Source of the DNA: Candidatus Aminicenantales bacterium | GTDB lineage: Bacteria; Acidobacteriota; Aminicenantia; Aminicenantales; UBA4085 | Length of the DNA stretch: 64,000 nucleotides | Assembly: GCA_049515535.1 (NCBI GenBank) | Contig: JBEKTZ010000001.1 | Coordinates: 206,599-270,598, forward strand | Direction of reading: 5' to 3' | Shown: piece by piece, positions 37,196 through 47,079 of the stretch | Layout of the letters: every line of letters starts with the position of its first letter | How positions within the stretch are numbered: the first letter of the stretch is position 1 | Made by a program: the position numbers and the translations under genes | Notes under the pieces: model-generated | Database searches by the model: none | What the model saw: only the letters and a program-made list of their open reading frames with translations | Told to the model about the DNA's origin: nothing

Positions 37196-37706
37196 CTACG
37201 GAACATATGGCGTAAAAGTTGGCCTAGACACGTCACCGTCTGACCGTGGCCACGCGGTAATACGTGCAATCATACCCAAGATAAACCAGAAAAGGGCCAC
37301 CGCCGTTCCGAAGAAACGAAGATCCATAAACATTCCGTTGATCATCATCGCGATGACACTAAGCCAGAGAACGATAACAAGATCTCTTTTTCGACTTGAT
37401 ATCCCACCAGAAGTTGAAGATCGCAGCCATTTCCCCGTCCGCAATACGATCTCCGCGATTGGAGCAAGGTAGAGGACCAAACCAATCAAGCCGGTGTGCA
37501 GAGCTAACGACAAATAGAAGTTATGGGATACCGTCGTTGTTCCGGAAATAAGTAATGCTTCCGATGACGAAGAGAACCCCAAATAATGATGGGAACATCT
37601 GACCCGTTGCGAGCGAAGAACAAACATATACACCCCCCAACAAGGCCAGCAGAACCGGAGCCTGGACCGGCCAGTTAATGCTCCTCCAAGCCGCCTGTTC
37701 TCTCAT
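37196..37706 (-). pseudogene. Internally deleted O-antigen polymerase/ligase remnant
   Basis: C-terminal SHNFYLSLALHTGLIGL plus two TMs in one frame; a short hydrophobic N-terminus (37706-37521) in another; far too short for the family. Confidence 0.7.
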
Positions 37707-37859
37707 CTGTCAACTGATCTTTGGAATATGGTGCGGCAAGGTAACGTTAATGAAGACATTTTGTAATCTAAGGCCAGTCAGAAAGAGAGTACGGGAATTA
37801 TAGTTGATCACGCCACCAATAGTACTAAGACCGACATGATCAGACTTCGGCAATAAACC

Positions 37860-38747
37860 TTATCGGTTTCTGCGTCGGGAGATCAACGCCAATCCTGGTT
37901 CAGCCAGGGCGGAACCAAGATCAAAGCCAAGTGCGGCGCGATATAGCCTTATCGAATGAAGAAGATTACCACTCTTGAGTCTATGCATAGACTGCCGGGA
38001 CAGATATCGTGCCATGTAACGATTAGCATCCCGTTTCTCATCGGGGGAAACGATATCCCAATAGCGCCGAGAAACGCTATGCTTCTCCAGAAAACTGAGC
38101 TCAGCCCCGGTTGCCGACTTGGAATGAGCGTGATATCGAAATCGCGCCAAGGGTTCGTTGACATAGACAGCGCTAGTCTGTCTGAAAAGCCGACAGAAGA
38201 GATCGTAATCCATCGCATAGTTCAACGACTCGTCAATACCACCGACCTCTTTACAAAGGCGTAAAGGAAAGAAGGTGCCCGGCTGCTGATAGACGCAATC
38301 TCCAGTCCAATACTTTATCAGGTTCTCAAAAGTCAAACCTTTAGAGACCCAGATCGTTTCCTTCCTCGAATCATCATAAAACCAGATCACATCTCCCGCG
38401 ATCACACGGCCTTTGTTTTGCTGCCAGGCTCGTGCAACCGTTTGCAAAGATCCTGGAATGAAAAGATCATCAGAGTTGATCCAGGCCAAGATGTCACCCG
38501 TTGCTCTACTAAATCCCTTGTTCAAAGCATGCGACTGTCCTCGATCCTTTTCCGAAACCCAGTAAGCCAACCGTCCTGCATACCTTTTAATAATATCCAC
38601 ACTATTATCGGTGCTCCCCCCATCGATAACAATGTACTCCAGATTTTGGTAGCCCTGATCCAACACGCTGCCAATCGTTTCTTCCAGAAACTGTCCCTGA
38701 TTATATGAAGGAGTAACAATTGATATCCTGGGCCATTCTGACATCAC
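37860..38747 (-). CDS. Glycosyltransferase family 2 (WcaE-like)
   Basis: ISIVTPSYNQ, IDGGSTD, GQSHALNKG, INSDD, AMDYDL. Confidence 0.93.
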   Translation of the reverse strand: MMSEWPRISIVTPSYNQGQFLEETIGSVLDQGYQNLEYIVIDGGSTDNSVDIIKRYAGRLAYWVSEKDRGQSHALNKGFSRATGDILAWINSDDLFIPGSLQTVARAWQQNKGRVIAGDVIWFYDDSRKETIWVSKGLTFENLIKYWTGDCVYQQPGTFFPLRLCKEVGGIDESLNYAMDYDLFCRLFRQTSAVYVNEPLARFRYHAHSKSATGAELSFLEKHSVSRRYWDIVSPDEKRDANRYMARYLSRQSMHRLKSGNLLHSIRLYRAALGFDLGSALAEPGLALISRRRNR

Positions 38748-38776
38748 GAACCTCTTTCAGACCCTGTTGGCGATAA

Positions 38777-39019
38777 GAAAGGCGTTCCCGTAAGGTCCGG
38801 AGAATCTGCGGCAATCCCGGTTGTCGCTGCAGAACGAATCCGGCCAGGAAACATCCGGCGATATTTCTGACCTGGAAAGAAAATCAAAAAATACAAACTC
38901 TCTATATCCCGATGACCTATCTGAAAGAGGCGGAACTTTGTAGCAAGAATTACAAACGGCTGAAGGAACAGATCAGGAAGATCTCGGATTTTCATAAGAA
39001 ATTGCTTCTATCGAAATAA
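38777..39019 (+). pseudogene. 5'-truncated IS-associated Cys/His small protein (DUF6788-like) remnant
   Basis: Manual translation, no start codon (TAA at 38774): ...RRICGNPGCRCRTNPARKHPAIFLTWKENQKIQTLYIP...KISDFHKKLLLSK*. Confidence 0.6.
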
Positions 39020-39115
39020 CACTCTCTCCGCACCGGCCGATGCCACAACTTATTGAGTAATTATTAATATAGTGATAATGAAGTCAAGTAAAGTTATCGT
39101 GTTTTTCAGAAGACT

Positions 39116-40114
39116 CTACATTATAATTCGGTTATCCAAAACATAAAAATAACGGCGGGCCAGTATCCCCCGACCGATGTGTAACACGCGTCCGGCGGTA
39201 GATTTTGCCTTCCGTAATAATCCGGTTTTCTTTTTCTTATATCGCAAACTCTGCAACGACCTTTCCGGCGCTATTTCGCGAAGCGCCTTAATATAGGGGA
39301 AGTAAAGACCATTTAACATCTGAAGCGACGGGCGGATTTGATAACACCATAATCCGGGGTCATACATTCCTCTCATCACCTGACGAAAACCTTGAAAATG
39401 GAAAAAAATCAACGGATCCTCATCAACCCAACATTTTCCGTTCCTGAAATCAATCCGATAATTGGCCAGATTCCACCGCGCGAGATTGGCCCCTTTATGC
39501 TCCAGCACAACCACGTTATGAAATCGGATTGGCCAGTCATCCAGGTACTTCTGATCAGCAAAGCGGTCTTCCTCTTCCCGATCATAACACCACGCGATAC
39601 ATTGCTCCCGCCACCAATTGAGGCAGGCAAGCGCATGTTCATTCCGCCTGAAGGAAAGCCAGCCCACGTTATAAATGCCGTATTTCTCTCTATATTGCCG
39701 CAGGCGTGGTGGGAAACGATGACCAATAATGGCAATAGAACCAGTTCCCAGTTCTGCAAACAGCGGCCCCGGATCGGAAAAGAAAAAGAGATCCGCATCC
39801 AGGTAGGTGATGAGATCAACCTCCGGCCAATGATTGAGGACATAGAGGGGTAGAGACGGTGTGCACGTGAAATAGTACTCCACTTGGGAACGGTTCTGTT
39901 TGGCGCTTCGCAGCGATTCGTCATTCCGCTCGAAATCTTTTAGCGCAATCAGCTCAACTTCGGGCAGTTTTAACTGCGTCAGTACCTCATGAGTTGCTTC
40001 GTCCATACACAGCACCCAAAGCCTGAATTCAGAGCAGTGCTTCCTGAGCGAGCGATACAATGCCAGCCCACGAGGCAGATAGTTCCGGTCGAAATACGTG
40101 CAGAAATAGTTCAT
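39116..40114 (-). CDS. Putative GT-A glycosyltransferase
   Basis: FCTYFDRNYLPRGLALY, YLDADLFF (DxD), YNVGW, FADQKYLD. Confidence 0.75.
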   Translation of the reverse strand: MNYFCTYFDRNYLPRGLALYRSLRKHCSEFRLWVLCMDEATHEVLTQLKLPEVELIALKDFERNDESLRSAKQNRSQVEYYFTCTPSLPLYVLNHWPEVDLITYLDADLFFFSDPGPLFAELGTGSIAIIGHRFPPRLRQYREKYGIYNVGWLSFRRNEHALACLNWWREQCIAWCYDREEEDRFADQKYLDDWPIRFHNVVVLEHKGANLARWNLANYRIDFRNGKCWVDEDPLIFFHFQGFRQVMRGMYDPGLWCYQIRPSLQMLNGLYFPYIKALREIAPERSLQSLRYKKKKTGLLRKAKSTAGRVLHIGRGILARRYFYVLDNRIIM

Positions 40115-41259
40115 TAGGCTTCTGCCCCACTCCCATCTCTCTTGAAACGGACAACACTCTCGCCAACGTGCCGGACCTGGTCATCGCTTAGTTGCGGAAA
40201 CATGGGCAGACTGAGAACCTGCCGGGCAATCTCCTCCGTCCGTGCCAGGGAAGCCACCAGTGGCAGGCGATCGCGGTAGGCCGGCTGCAAGTGCACAGGC
40301 GCCGGATAATGAATGAGCGTGCCCACTCCCATGGTCCGCAGGTAGTTCTTCAACGTATCCCGCTGGGGCAGGCGCACAACATATTGGTGGTAGACGTGAG
40401 TTGCGCCTGGACGGATTTTTGGCAGGGACAATCCTGTATTTGCCAACACAGCGTTGTACGCCTGAGCCAAGTTTCGACGTTGTGCATTCTCCTCATCCAA
40501 GTGCCGCAACTTCACACGCAGGATGGCCGCCTGAAGTTCATCCAATCGTGAATTGCCGCCGGGGATATCGCTGATGTATCGTTCCCGCCACCCATACTGC
40601 TGTAGGAGTCGTACCCGTTCGGCCAGTACAGAGTTATCGGTCACAACCATGCCGCCATCGCCCAGAGCCCCCAAGTTCTTTGTCGGGTAGAAGCTGAAGG
40701 CAGCGATGTCGCCCCAGCCCCCCGTCTTGCGTTTTTCCAGGGTTGCCCCGTGAGACTGTGCGCAATCTTCAATCACGTATAAATCGTGGCGTTTCGCGAG
40801 CTTCATTATCGAAGACATGTCGGCTGGATGGCCATAGAGATGAACTGGAATAACGGCTTTTGGTTTGCCATCCGGCAGATGGGATAGTGCAGTCTCCAGA
40901 CTGTTTGTATCCATTGTATAGGAAACCGGATCGATGTCTACCAGCACGGGTGTTGCGCCGGCTAACTCAATCGCGGCTACAGTCGCTACGGCTGTATGGG
41001 AGACGGTGAACACCAAATCGCCCGGCCCTACATCGCAAGCCCGTAACGACAATTCCAGGGCATCGGTACCATTTGCCACACCGACAGCGTGATGTACCCC
41101 GATGTAGGCGGCAAACTCCTGCTCAAATGATTCCACCTCGCGCCCCAAAATGTACCAACCGCTATTCAGCACTCTCTGAATTGCAGAATCTATTTCAGCC
41201 TGGTGGGCCAGATAGCCTGCCTTAGGGTCGGTCTGTGGCACTTCAATATGTCGGTCCAT
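40114..41259 (-). CDS. DegT/EryC1 PLP aminotransferase
   Basis: ANGTDA, PVHLYG, EDCAQSHG, FSFYPTKNLGALGDGG, NSRLDELQAA. Confidence 0.93.
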   Translation of the reverse strand: MDRHIEVPQTDPKAGYLAHQAEIDSAIQRVLNSGWYILGREVESFEQEFAAYIGVHHAVGVANGTDALELSLRACDVGPGDLVFTVSHTAVATVAAIELAGATPVLVDIDPVSYTMDTNSLETALSHLPDGKPKAVIPVHLYGHPADMSSIMKLAKRHDLYVIEDCAQSHGATLEKRKTGGWGDIAAFSFYPTKNLGALGDGGMVVTDNSVLAERVRLLQQYGWRERYISDIPGGNSRLDELQAAILRVKLRHLDEENAQRRNLAQAYNAVLANTGLSLPKIRPGATHVYHQYVVRLPQRDTLKNYLRTMGVGTLIHYPAPVHLQPAYRDRLPLVASLARTEEIARQVLSLPMFPQLSDDQVRHVGESVVRFKRDGSGAEA

Positions 41260-41261
41260 GC

Positions 41262-42242
41262 TCACAGGTAGTTCACCAAATGGCAACGATAATAGTCCAG
41301 TGAGCGGGTCAGCCCTTCTTCTAAGTTCACCTGGGGCGCCCAGCCCAATTCTGAACGAATGTGGCTGTCATCCGCGTAATAGTCTCCGATGTCGATCCGT
41401 TTGCGATCATCCGGAAACTCCCGCATCTGAAACTCACCGCCGCCGTTGACCTTTACCAGTAGATTGGCCAATGCCCGCAAGGTGATCACCTCACAGCCAC
41501 CCAGGTTGTAGGCTCGTCCATAGGCTTCCTCTCTGGTTGCTGCCAGCAGTAAGGCGTCCACCGCATCGTCCACGTATGTGAAATCCCGCAACTGCTCACC
41601 GCCCCAAACGTCAAAGGATTTGCCTTCCACCAGCAACTTGATCCAGATGCCGAGAAAGGTCTGGCGGGCATCTTTGACCCGCATGCGCGGGCCATAGGTA
41701 TTGGTCAGGCGCAGGGCACAGGCCCGAATCCCGTAGACATTGTTGTAGAGGATATGATACCACTCCCCTGCCATTTTATTGATGCCGTTCACGTCGGTGG
41801 GGCGCAGCAGGTGTTTCTCATCCACAGGCAGGTATTCGGGCTTGCCATAAATCTGGCGGGTGCTGGCAAAGACGACCTTGATCTCCGGGTTGTACTGCCG
41901 ACAGGCTTCCAGAATGGAGAGCTGCGCGCGGCAGTTGATCTCCAGGTCGGCCTCCGGGTCTTGCATAGAATCCATGTGGCTGGTCTGCCCGGCTAGGTTG
42001 AAGAGATAGTCCTGCCCCTGCACCAGGTAGCGCATGCTGTGGGCGTCGCGCACATCGGAGATGTTGACCCGCACCCGGTCCTCGATGCCGGCGATGTTGA
42101 ACAGATTGCCGCCATATTCCGGGATCAGGCTGTCCACCAAGGTCACGTGTGCCTCCAGGTCCACTAGACGGCGCGCCAGGTTGGAGCCGATGAAACCCAG
42201 GCCGCCGGTAATGATGACCTGCTTGTCTTTAAAATTATACAT
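41262..42242 (-). CDS. NAD-dependent epimerase/dehydratase family protein
   Basis: ITGGLGFIGSNL, LAGQTSH, STRQIYG, NGINK, RDFTYVDD. Confidence 0.9.
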   Translation of the reverse strand: MYNFKDKQVIITGGLGFIGSNLARRLVDLEAHVTLVDSLIPEYGGNLFNIAGIEDRVRVNISDVRDAHSMRYLVQGQDYLFNLAGQTSHMDSMQDPEADLEINCRAQLSILEACRQYNPEIKVVFASTRQIYGKPEYLPVDEKHLLRPTDVNGINKMAGEWYHILYNNVYGIRACALRLTNTYGPRMRVKDARQTFLGIWIKLLVEGKSFDVWGGEQLRDFTYVDDAVDALLLAATREEAYGRAYNLGGCEVITLRALANLLVKVNGGGEFQMREFPDDRKRIDIGDYYADDSHIRSELGWAPQVNLEEGLTRSLDYYRCHLVNYL

Positions 42243-43227
42243 GGATCTTCCCTCTGCACCAATGTAGAAATTGTATAAACCGGTGTGGAAGAAACCGCCT
42301 CGCTATCGATCGGAAATTCCTATTTTTTTGAATAATCAGTTTCAGCGGTAAATCACGCAGTAGAGATGAAACGCTATCCTGAGCAAATTGCTGCTTGTAT
42401 GCATGGGCAATGTCCAGCGCATAGCCCCACTGCCGTTCAACCATGGCAAAGACCCATAACAGCGCATAATCCCGCACCTCGGCATTTCGCTCTGCGAGCG
42501 ATTCAAGTGTGCGCAGATAACGAGCTTCACACCATCCAGGACTCGGGTGGATTGACTGATAAATATGAGAGTCTTTCAACTTGGGATATTGATTTGTCAT
42601 AGCTTGTAGAGTCGTGCGCTTCATGCGTACCGTGCCTTTCACATCCAGAAAAGAAAGCCAAAACCCTTGGCGTATCAACTCGCGATGGGCATCCACAAAA
42701 AGATCTTCTCCCCGATAGGCATCAATGAGTCCGGGCTCAATATCAATTGCCAACACCCGCTCGCGCAGATTGTCCTTTAAACTCTGGAATAGCCGTAGAT
42801 CAGTGCCCTGTGAATCGGTCTTGAACCAATCCACGCCCTGTAGCCTCAGACGATCAATAACTGCGTTCAGCGGGGAAGCGGGCACAAGAACTTCTCTTTC
42901 CACCACAAACAAATCGGAAAAAAGGTATTTGGCAAGCGCCGCTGTATCCGGCGGCAACGTGCTGGAACAGTAGGGTGATTGGGTGAGATAGAAGTGGACC
43001 TGATTCTGATCGGATGCGCTTGTCACGGCCTCGTTGATAATGATTGAGCGGGCATATTGTCCCTCGGCAACGTCGTGCAGTTCCCGTCGGTCAGGATCAA
43101 AGCCAACGTAAATAGAGTGACGTGCGATGGGTTCCCAGACCTTTGGAGGCGCACCCGATGCACCGATATCCACCAAGACCGGCTGTATGCTGAATGTCGT
43201 CAGTACCTTATCAATTTCTCGGTTCAA
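42235..43227 (-). CDS. FkbM-like methyltransferase
   Basis: LVDIGASG, VGFDPD, DWFKTDSQGTDL; TTG start at 43227 after GAGGG, overlapping the upstream stop. Confidence 0.72.
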   Translation of the reverse strand: MNREIDKVLTTFSIQPVLVDIGASGAPPKVWEPIARHSIYVGFDPDRRELHDVAEGQYARSIIINEAVTSASDQNQVHFYLTQSPYCSSTLPPDTAALAKYLFSDLFVVEREVLVPASPLNAVIDRLRLQGVDWFKTDSQGTDLRLFQSLKDNLRERVLAIDIEPGLIDAYRGEDLFVDAHRELIRQGFWLSFLDVKGTVRMKRTTLQAMTNQYPKLKDSHIYQSIHPSPGWCEARYLRTLESLAERNAEVRDYALLWVFAMVERQWGYALDIAHAYKQQFAQDSVSSLLRDLPLKLIIQKNRNFRSIARRFLPHRFIQFLHWCRGKIHV

Positions 43228-44087
43228 GTTTTCCCTCTGGATGTACCCCGAAACAGATACCCGCGATACGTATTTTGTTCCGGTGCACCGTGAATAAACG
43301 GTTGATGTCCATATACGAACTCGCGCACCAAATCCAGTCCGGCGAGTTCTGCCGTGTGTAGAAACTCTGTCTCGTTTAGACACCAGGCCAGATACTCTGT
43401 GTTGTAACCATATTGATACGGACGCTGTACAAACACGAAGGAAGATGCTTGCTGCACAGTGGGCAGGTTAGCGATATACATATATTCTGATGCTGCGCAG
43501 GCCAGACGTTGCAACAAAGACTGCCAATCTTCCGTGTAGTGCATGGAGGCGTTCGCCAGCACGAAATCATAAACTCGGTCGAAGCAACGTTCATCAGTGT
43601 AAAAGTGCTGTTGCGGGAACAACTGCGCGCCGTACTCACACAGCACAGGCACATCCTTGCAATGATATTCGATCGCCACTCCCGGCAGAAGCGCCTGGGC
43701 CAGCAAATAGTAGTGTCCGATTCCTCCACCCCAATCCAGCATAGAAAGGCGGTCTTTCTTGTGGGCGGCCAGCGCCAGGGCATAGGCCATCATCGTGTTG
43801 TGGCTGCGGATTTCCTCGTTGGTAGTCAGGGCCGATTCATGCGCCATCCCCAGCGGCAGCCGACCCTGGACCATCGTCACGAACTGTGGCCATTTCTTCT
43901 TGTACGTCTCGAGCACATCCTGGACATTCCAGCCCTTGACTTCGGGATGCTTCTCAGCATAGGCCCAGCCTTTGGGGATATACTCCCATTCAACACGGGA
44001 CTGGCGTCCGCTTTGCAGCCGCTTTGCCAGATGGATAAACACCGGCGGCGTTATCAGCCTGAACATGTCTTTCAGCCTCATTCTCAT
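43224..44087 (-). CDS. Putative sugar methyltransferase (LIC12133-like)
   Basis: MLDWGGGIGHYY, SMHY, YLAWCLN pattern. Confidence 0.75.
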   Translation of the reverse strand: MRMRLKDMFRLITPPVFIHLAKRLQSGRQSRVEWEYIPKGWAYAEKHPEVKGWNVQDVLETYKKKWPQFVTMVQGRLPLGMAHESALTTNEEIRSHNTMMAYALALAAHKKDRLSMLDWGGGIGHYYLLAQALLPGVAIEYHCKDVPVLCEYGAQLFPQQHFYTDERCFDRVYDFVLANASMHYTEDWQSLLQRLACAASEYMYIANLPTVQQASSFVFVQRPYQYGYNTEYLAWCLNETEFLHTAELAGLDLVREFVYGHQPFIHGAPEQNTYRGYLFRGTSRGKT

Positions 44088-44094
44088 ACGCCTC

Positions 44095-45006
44095 TCACCT
44101 CATGAAAACAGCGCGTAAGGCTCGCGAAGCCAGTTTACGGGTGAAGCGATACAGACGACCGGGAACAGTCGGACGCGCGCCACAGACCTTCCGATGCAGT
44201 CGGCTACACGCTGGATGTTCCATTGGTTCGGGCCATTGCGCTGGAATAGGTGGACAGGGCTTTAATGGCAGCGCCTCCCATATACCGGCTTCCTTGGCGT
44301 TTGTTCCCTGAGAATCCCAGCCAATGTGCTCCACCATACTCCACGGTGGACGCAGACATAGCCCTTTTTTGAGAATATGTAGGTATAGCAATCGAACTGC
44401 CCAGATGTTCTGATGAAGTTCCGCTTTAGCCATATTAACCAGATCTGCACCGTACCTATAAATGTCGATACCTTGGTCTTTGCATTGTTCCATTAACGTC
44501 TTAGCGTCTATTTCCATTCCATGCCACGCTCTGGCCCAAGTACCCCAAACCCCACATTCGGCGCGACCATCAAAGTACGGCAGGACACTCACATCCCCCG
44601 GAGTAACAAGTGGATGTGTCCAGCCGGTTACGCTCATAACGCGGTCATCATCCTGGTATTGATCTAATGCGGCACAAAGATACTCATATGTTTCCGGCAC
44701 GCAGATCAGATCATCCTCAAAGATAATTGTAGCTTCATGTTTGTCCAACACTTCTGTGACGCCGGTAAGGATGGAGCGCCCCAGCCCCAGATTGGTTTCT
44801 CGCTCGCAGAGGATCACTTCGCACCAGTTGATGTCCCTTAGCATGTCACGCACCTGGGCCACGGCAAGCGTTTTGTCCGGAGTGCGAGGCCCGTCGCTGA
44901 AGGCGTAGATCAACGGCACCTGATTCTCCCTCAGGCAATCTAACGTTTGGCGTAGGTGGTCGGGTCGGGCGTAGGCGAAGAGGATGATCGGCACATGCTT
45001 GCTCAT
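44095..45006 (-). CDS. Glycosyltransferase family 2-like
   Basis: PIILFAYARPDH, FSDGP, NLGLGRSI, IFEDD, WGTWARAW. Confidence 0.85.
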   Translation of the reverse strand: MSKHVPIILFAYARPDHLRQTLDCLRENQVPLIYAFSDGPRTPDKTLAVAQVRDMLRDINWCEVILCERETNLGLGRSILTGVTEVLDKHEATIIFEDDLICVPETYEYLCAALDQYQDDDRVMSVTGWTHPLVTPGDVSVLPYFDGRAECGVWGTWARAWHGMEIDAKTLMEQCKDQGIDIYRYGADLVNMAKAELHQNIWAVRLLYLHILKKGLCLRPPWSMVEHIGWDSQGTNAKEAGIWEALPLKPCPPIPAQWPEPMEHPACSRLHRKVCGARPTVPGRLYRFTRKLASRALRAVFMR

Positions 45007-45119
45007 GTAATCCCCCTATGTTCCAATTTGGTGGTTAAACGTCTTTTGAGTGCACGGCCATATCGGCGAACCAAACTAATTTCTATATCTTCTAAAGTCA
45101 CTTATAACAATACGTCCAT

Positions 45120-46247
45120 CTAAATGTTCATTATTTCTTTGAGTTTATTGGCTTCAATTTCTGAGGTGAAATTTTCTATAACCCGGGTTCGGCCAGCTAA
45201 ACCCATTTTCTTTCTCAGTTCAACATTTCTCGCAAGCAGGCACATATTCGCCGCCTGCGCCTCAACATTCCCTGGTTCAATGAGGATACCTGTTTCTCCA
45301 TCAACGACCGTTTCAGGAACTGCACCGCTCTTCGTTCCCAAAACAGGCAGGCCCGCGGCCATTGCTTCAATGATCGTCACTCCAAAACTCTCCGCCTGAT
45401 TAGTGATCTCACCGGTAATGTTGTGCTGTGTATAAATATCAGCATCAAAAAACAATTCTTGAGCTTCCTGCGCTGTGACCGCACCAGGCATAAAAATGTC
45501 TTCCTTATAGGGTGACCGTAATCTCATTAGTTCACACATGGGTCTCAGGGGTCCATCCCCGGCAATCGTCAGGCGTGCCTTTAATCCGTTTGCCCGCGCC
45601 ATTTCAAAGGCACGGATTGTTCTATCCGGTGACTTGGAATCTATCAGACGTCCCAGTTGGAGGATATGTATTTCTTTCTTTTCGATATGATTCTTTGTCT
45701 GTTGAGGAATCGGAACGCCGAGATATTTAACCACAATGCGCTCGTCAGGCAATCCCGCGCTGATAAGTAGTTTTTTTGTGAAGTGAGAATTTGCAATACA
45801 TGTGGCGTGTTTTGATATGCTAATTAATTTATCCTTATAATCGGTGCGATGATATAATTTGTCCGGATTATCATCCGGGCAAAGATTGAACGTTGCATCG
45901 TAGCCGTGGAAATGAACAAAGAGAGGTTTGTCTGTCTGGTTCCAGACATCAAAGAAGTTGACTGCCGTGGTTCCGTAATGGCATAAAATGCGACTCACTT
46001 CTTTTCTTCGTATTTCCCTCATGAGGGTTTTTTGCTGTGTGTAAAACCCGGCCCTCCATAACATACGGTTTAACAATTTATCCGTACCGCTGAGTGATAC
46101 AGCTCTAATCTGGTTGCGCCAATATCGATTTCCTTGCGTATTGTTTGCGACTATGCAAGCAATATTATCAGAATTGGCTTCAATCGAATATTGGATCCAT
46201 ACTTCCGACTTGGCCTGCCAATTAGGTGTCAATAATAGTATGGACAT
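45120..46247 (-). CDS. Glycosyltransferase family 4 (WcaL-like)
   Basis: VHFHGYD, GDGPL, ESFGVTIIEAMAAGLPV. Confidence 0.9.
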   Translation of the reverse strand: MSILLLTPNWQAKSEVWIQYSIEANSDNIACIVANNTQGNRYWRNQIRAVSLSGTDKLLNRMLWRAGFYTQQKTLMREIRRKEVSRILCHYGTTAVNFFDVWNQTDKPLFVHFHGYDATFNLCPDDNPDKLYHRTDYKDKLISISKHATCIANSHFTKKLLISAGLPDERIVVKYLGVPIPQQTKNHIEKKEIHILQLGRLIDSKSPDRTIRAFEMARANGLKARLTIAGDGPLRPMCELMRLRSPYKEDIFMPGAVTAQEAQELFFDADIYTQHNITGEITNQAESFGVTIIEAMAAGLPVLGTKSGAVPETVVDGETGILIEPGNVEAQAANMCLLARNVELRKKMGLAGRTRVIENFTSEIEANKLKEIMNI

Positions 46248-46250
46248 CTG

Positions 46251-47029
46251 CTATCTTTCTGATTTGCGACAAATCATCCACGTCGCTAAGGGCACGCCTC
46301 TGTGATAACCCTTTGCAGATACATCTTCTCCTATTTCATACTTAAAATATTTGCCCATATCGCCATGCGAACCCGTAGCTATTACTTCTAAGCCTGCCTT
46401 TTTCGCCATCAATAAATAAGCATCTCTTCCAAACCGCCAATAATCAGGCCACGTATCCCCCGTATGTCCATAAATATATGCGTATGGAGTTAAAAAGAAT
46501 ACCACCCCTTCCCTTCGGAGAATACGATACATATTTTTCACCATTGATATGGGATCTTCGCAATGCTCTATAATATTTAAACAAAGGACTGTGTCATAAC
46601 TGTTCTCTGGTACCGGTAGATCAATTGCACAGAAATCTCCGATGATGTCCGCTTGTGTATAATGACCCGCTTTTTCCACAATCGGGCCTTGCAGGTCGCT
46701 TACAAGAACCTTTTCAACTGTTGAGAGTTTATATATCCATTTATGGAAATATTCCGGCGTTGACATATCCAAAACAAGACCACGGATAAAATTTCGATTT
46801 GTGTAGAGCCACTGCTCTTCCGGAAGCTCATCAAAATGCCTTCCTTTTCATACGGTCCGAATAACTTCGATTTTCTGAATTCTGTCCATCTAATTCTTGA
46901 CCTAATGATGCGCTTCCGGCATTTAACAATGATCAAACGGGACCATCTTCCCACTGCACTTAGAAAGTATAGAATATGTCGAGGCCTAATCTTATGCCAT
47001 TTATTCCAAGGAATATTGTTGAATTTCAT
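46251..47029 (-). pseudogene. SAM methyltransferase split by a single-base frameshift
   Basis: ORFs 46700-47029 and 46251-46772 overlap in different frames; one extra A in the A4 run (plus-strand T 46845-46848) gives ...GPYEKGRHFDELPEEQWLYTNRNFIRGLVLDMSTP...SYDTVLCLNIIEH... Confidence 0.7.
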
Positions 47030-47079
47030 AGTCGTATTTTTTTCATATTTGAACTTACGCTAACAGGTGGCCCTCTTGT

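Noticed and set aside
38744..38995. 83-aa minus-strand ORF
   Set aside because: No motifs; the opposite strand carries a more convincing Cys/His protein remnant.
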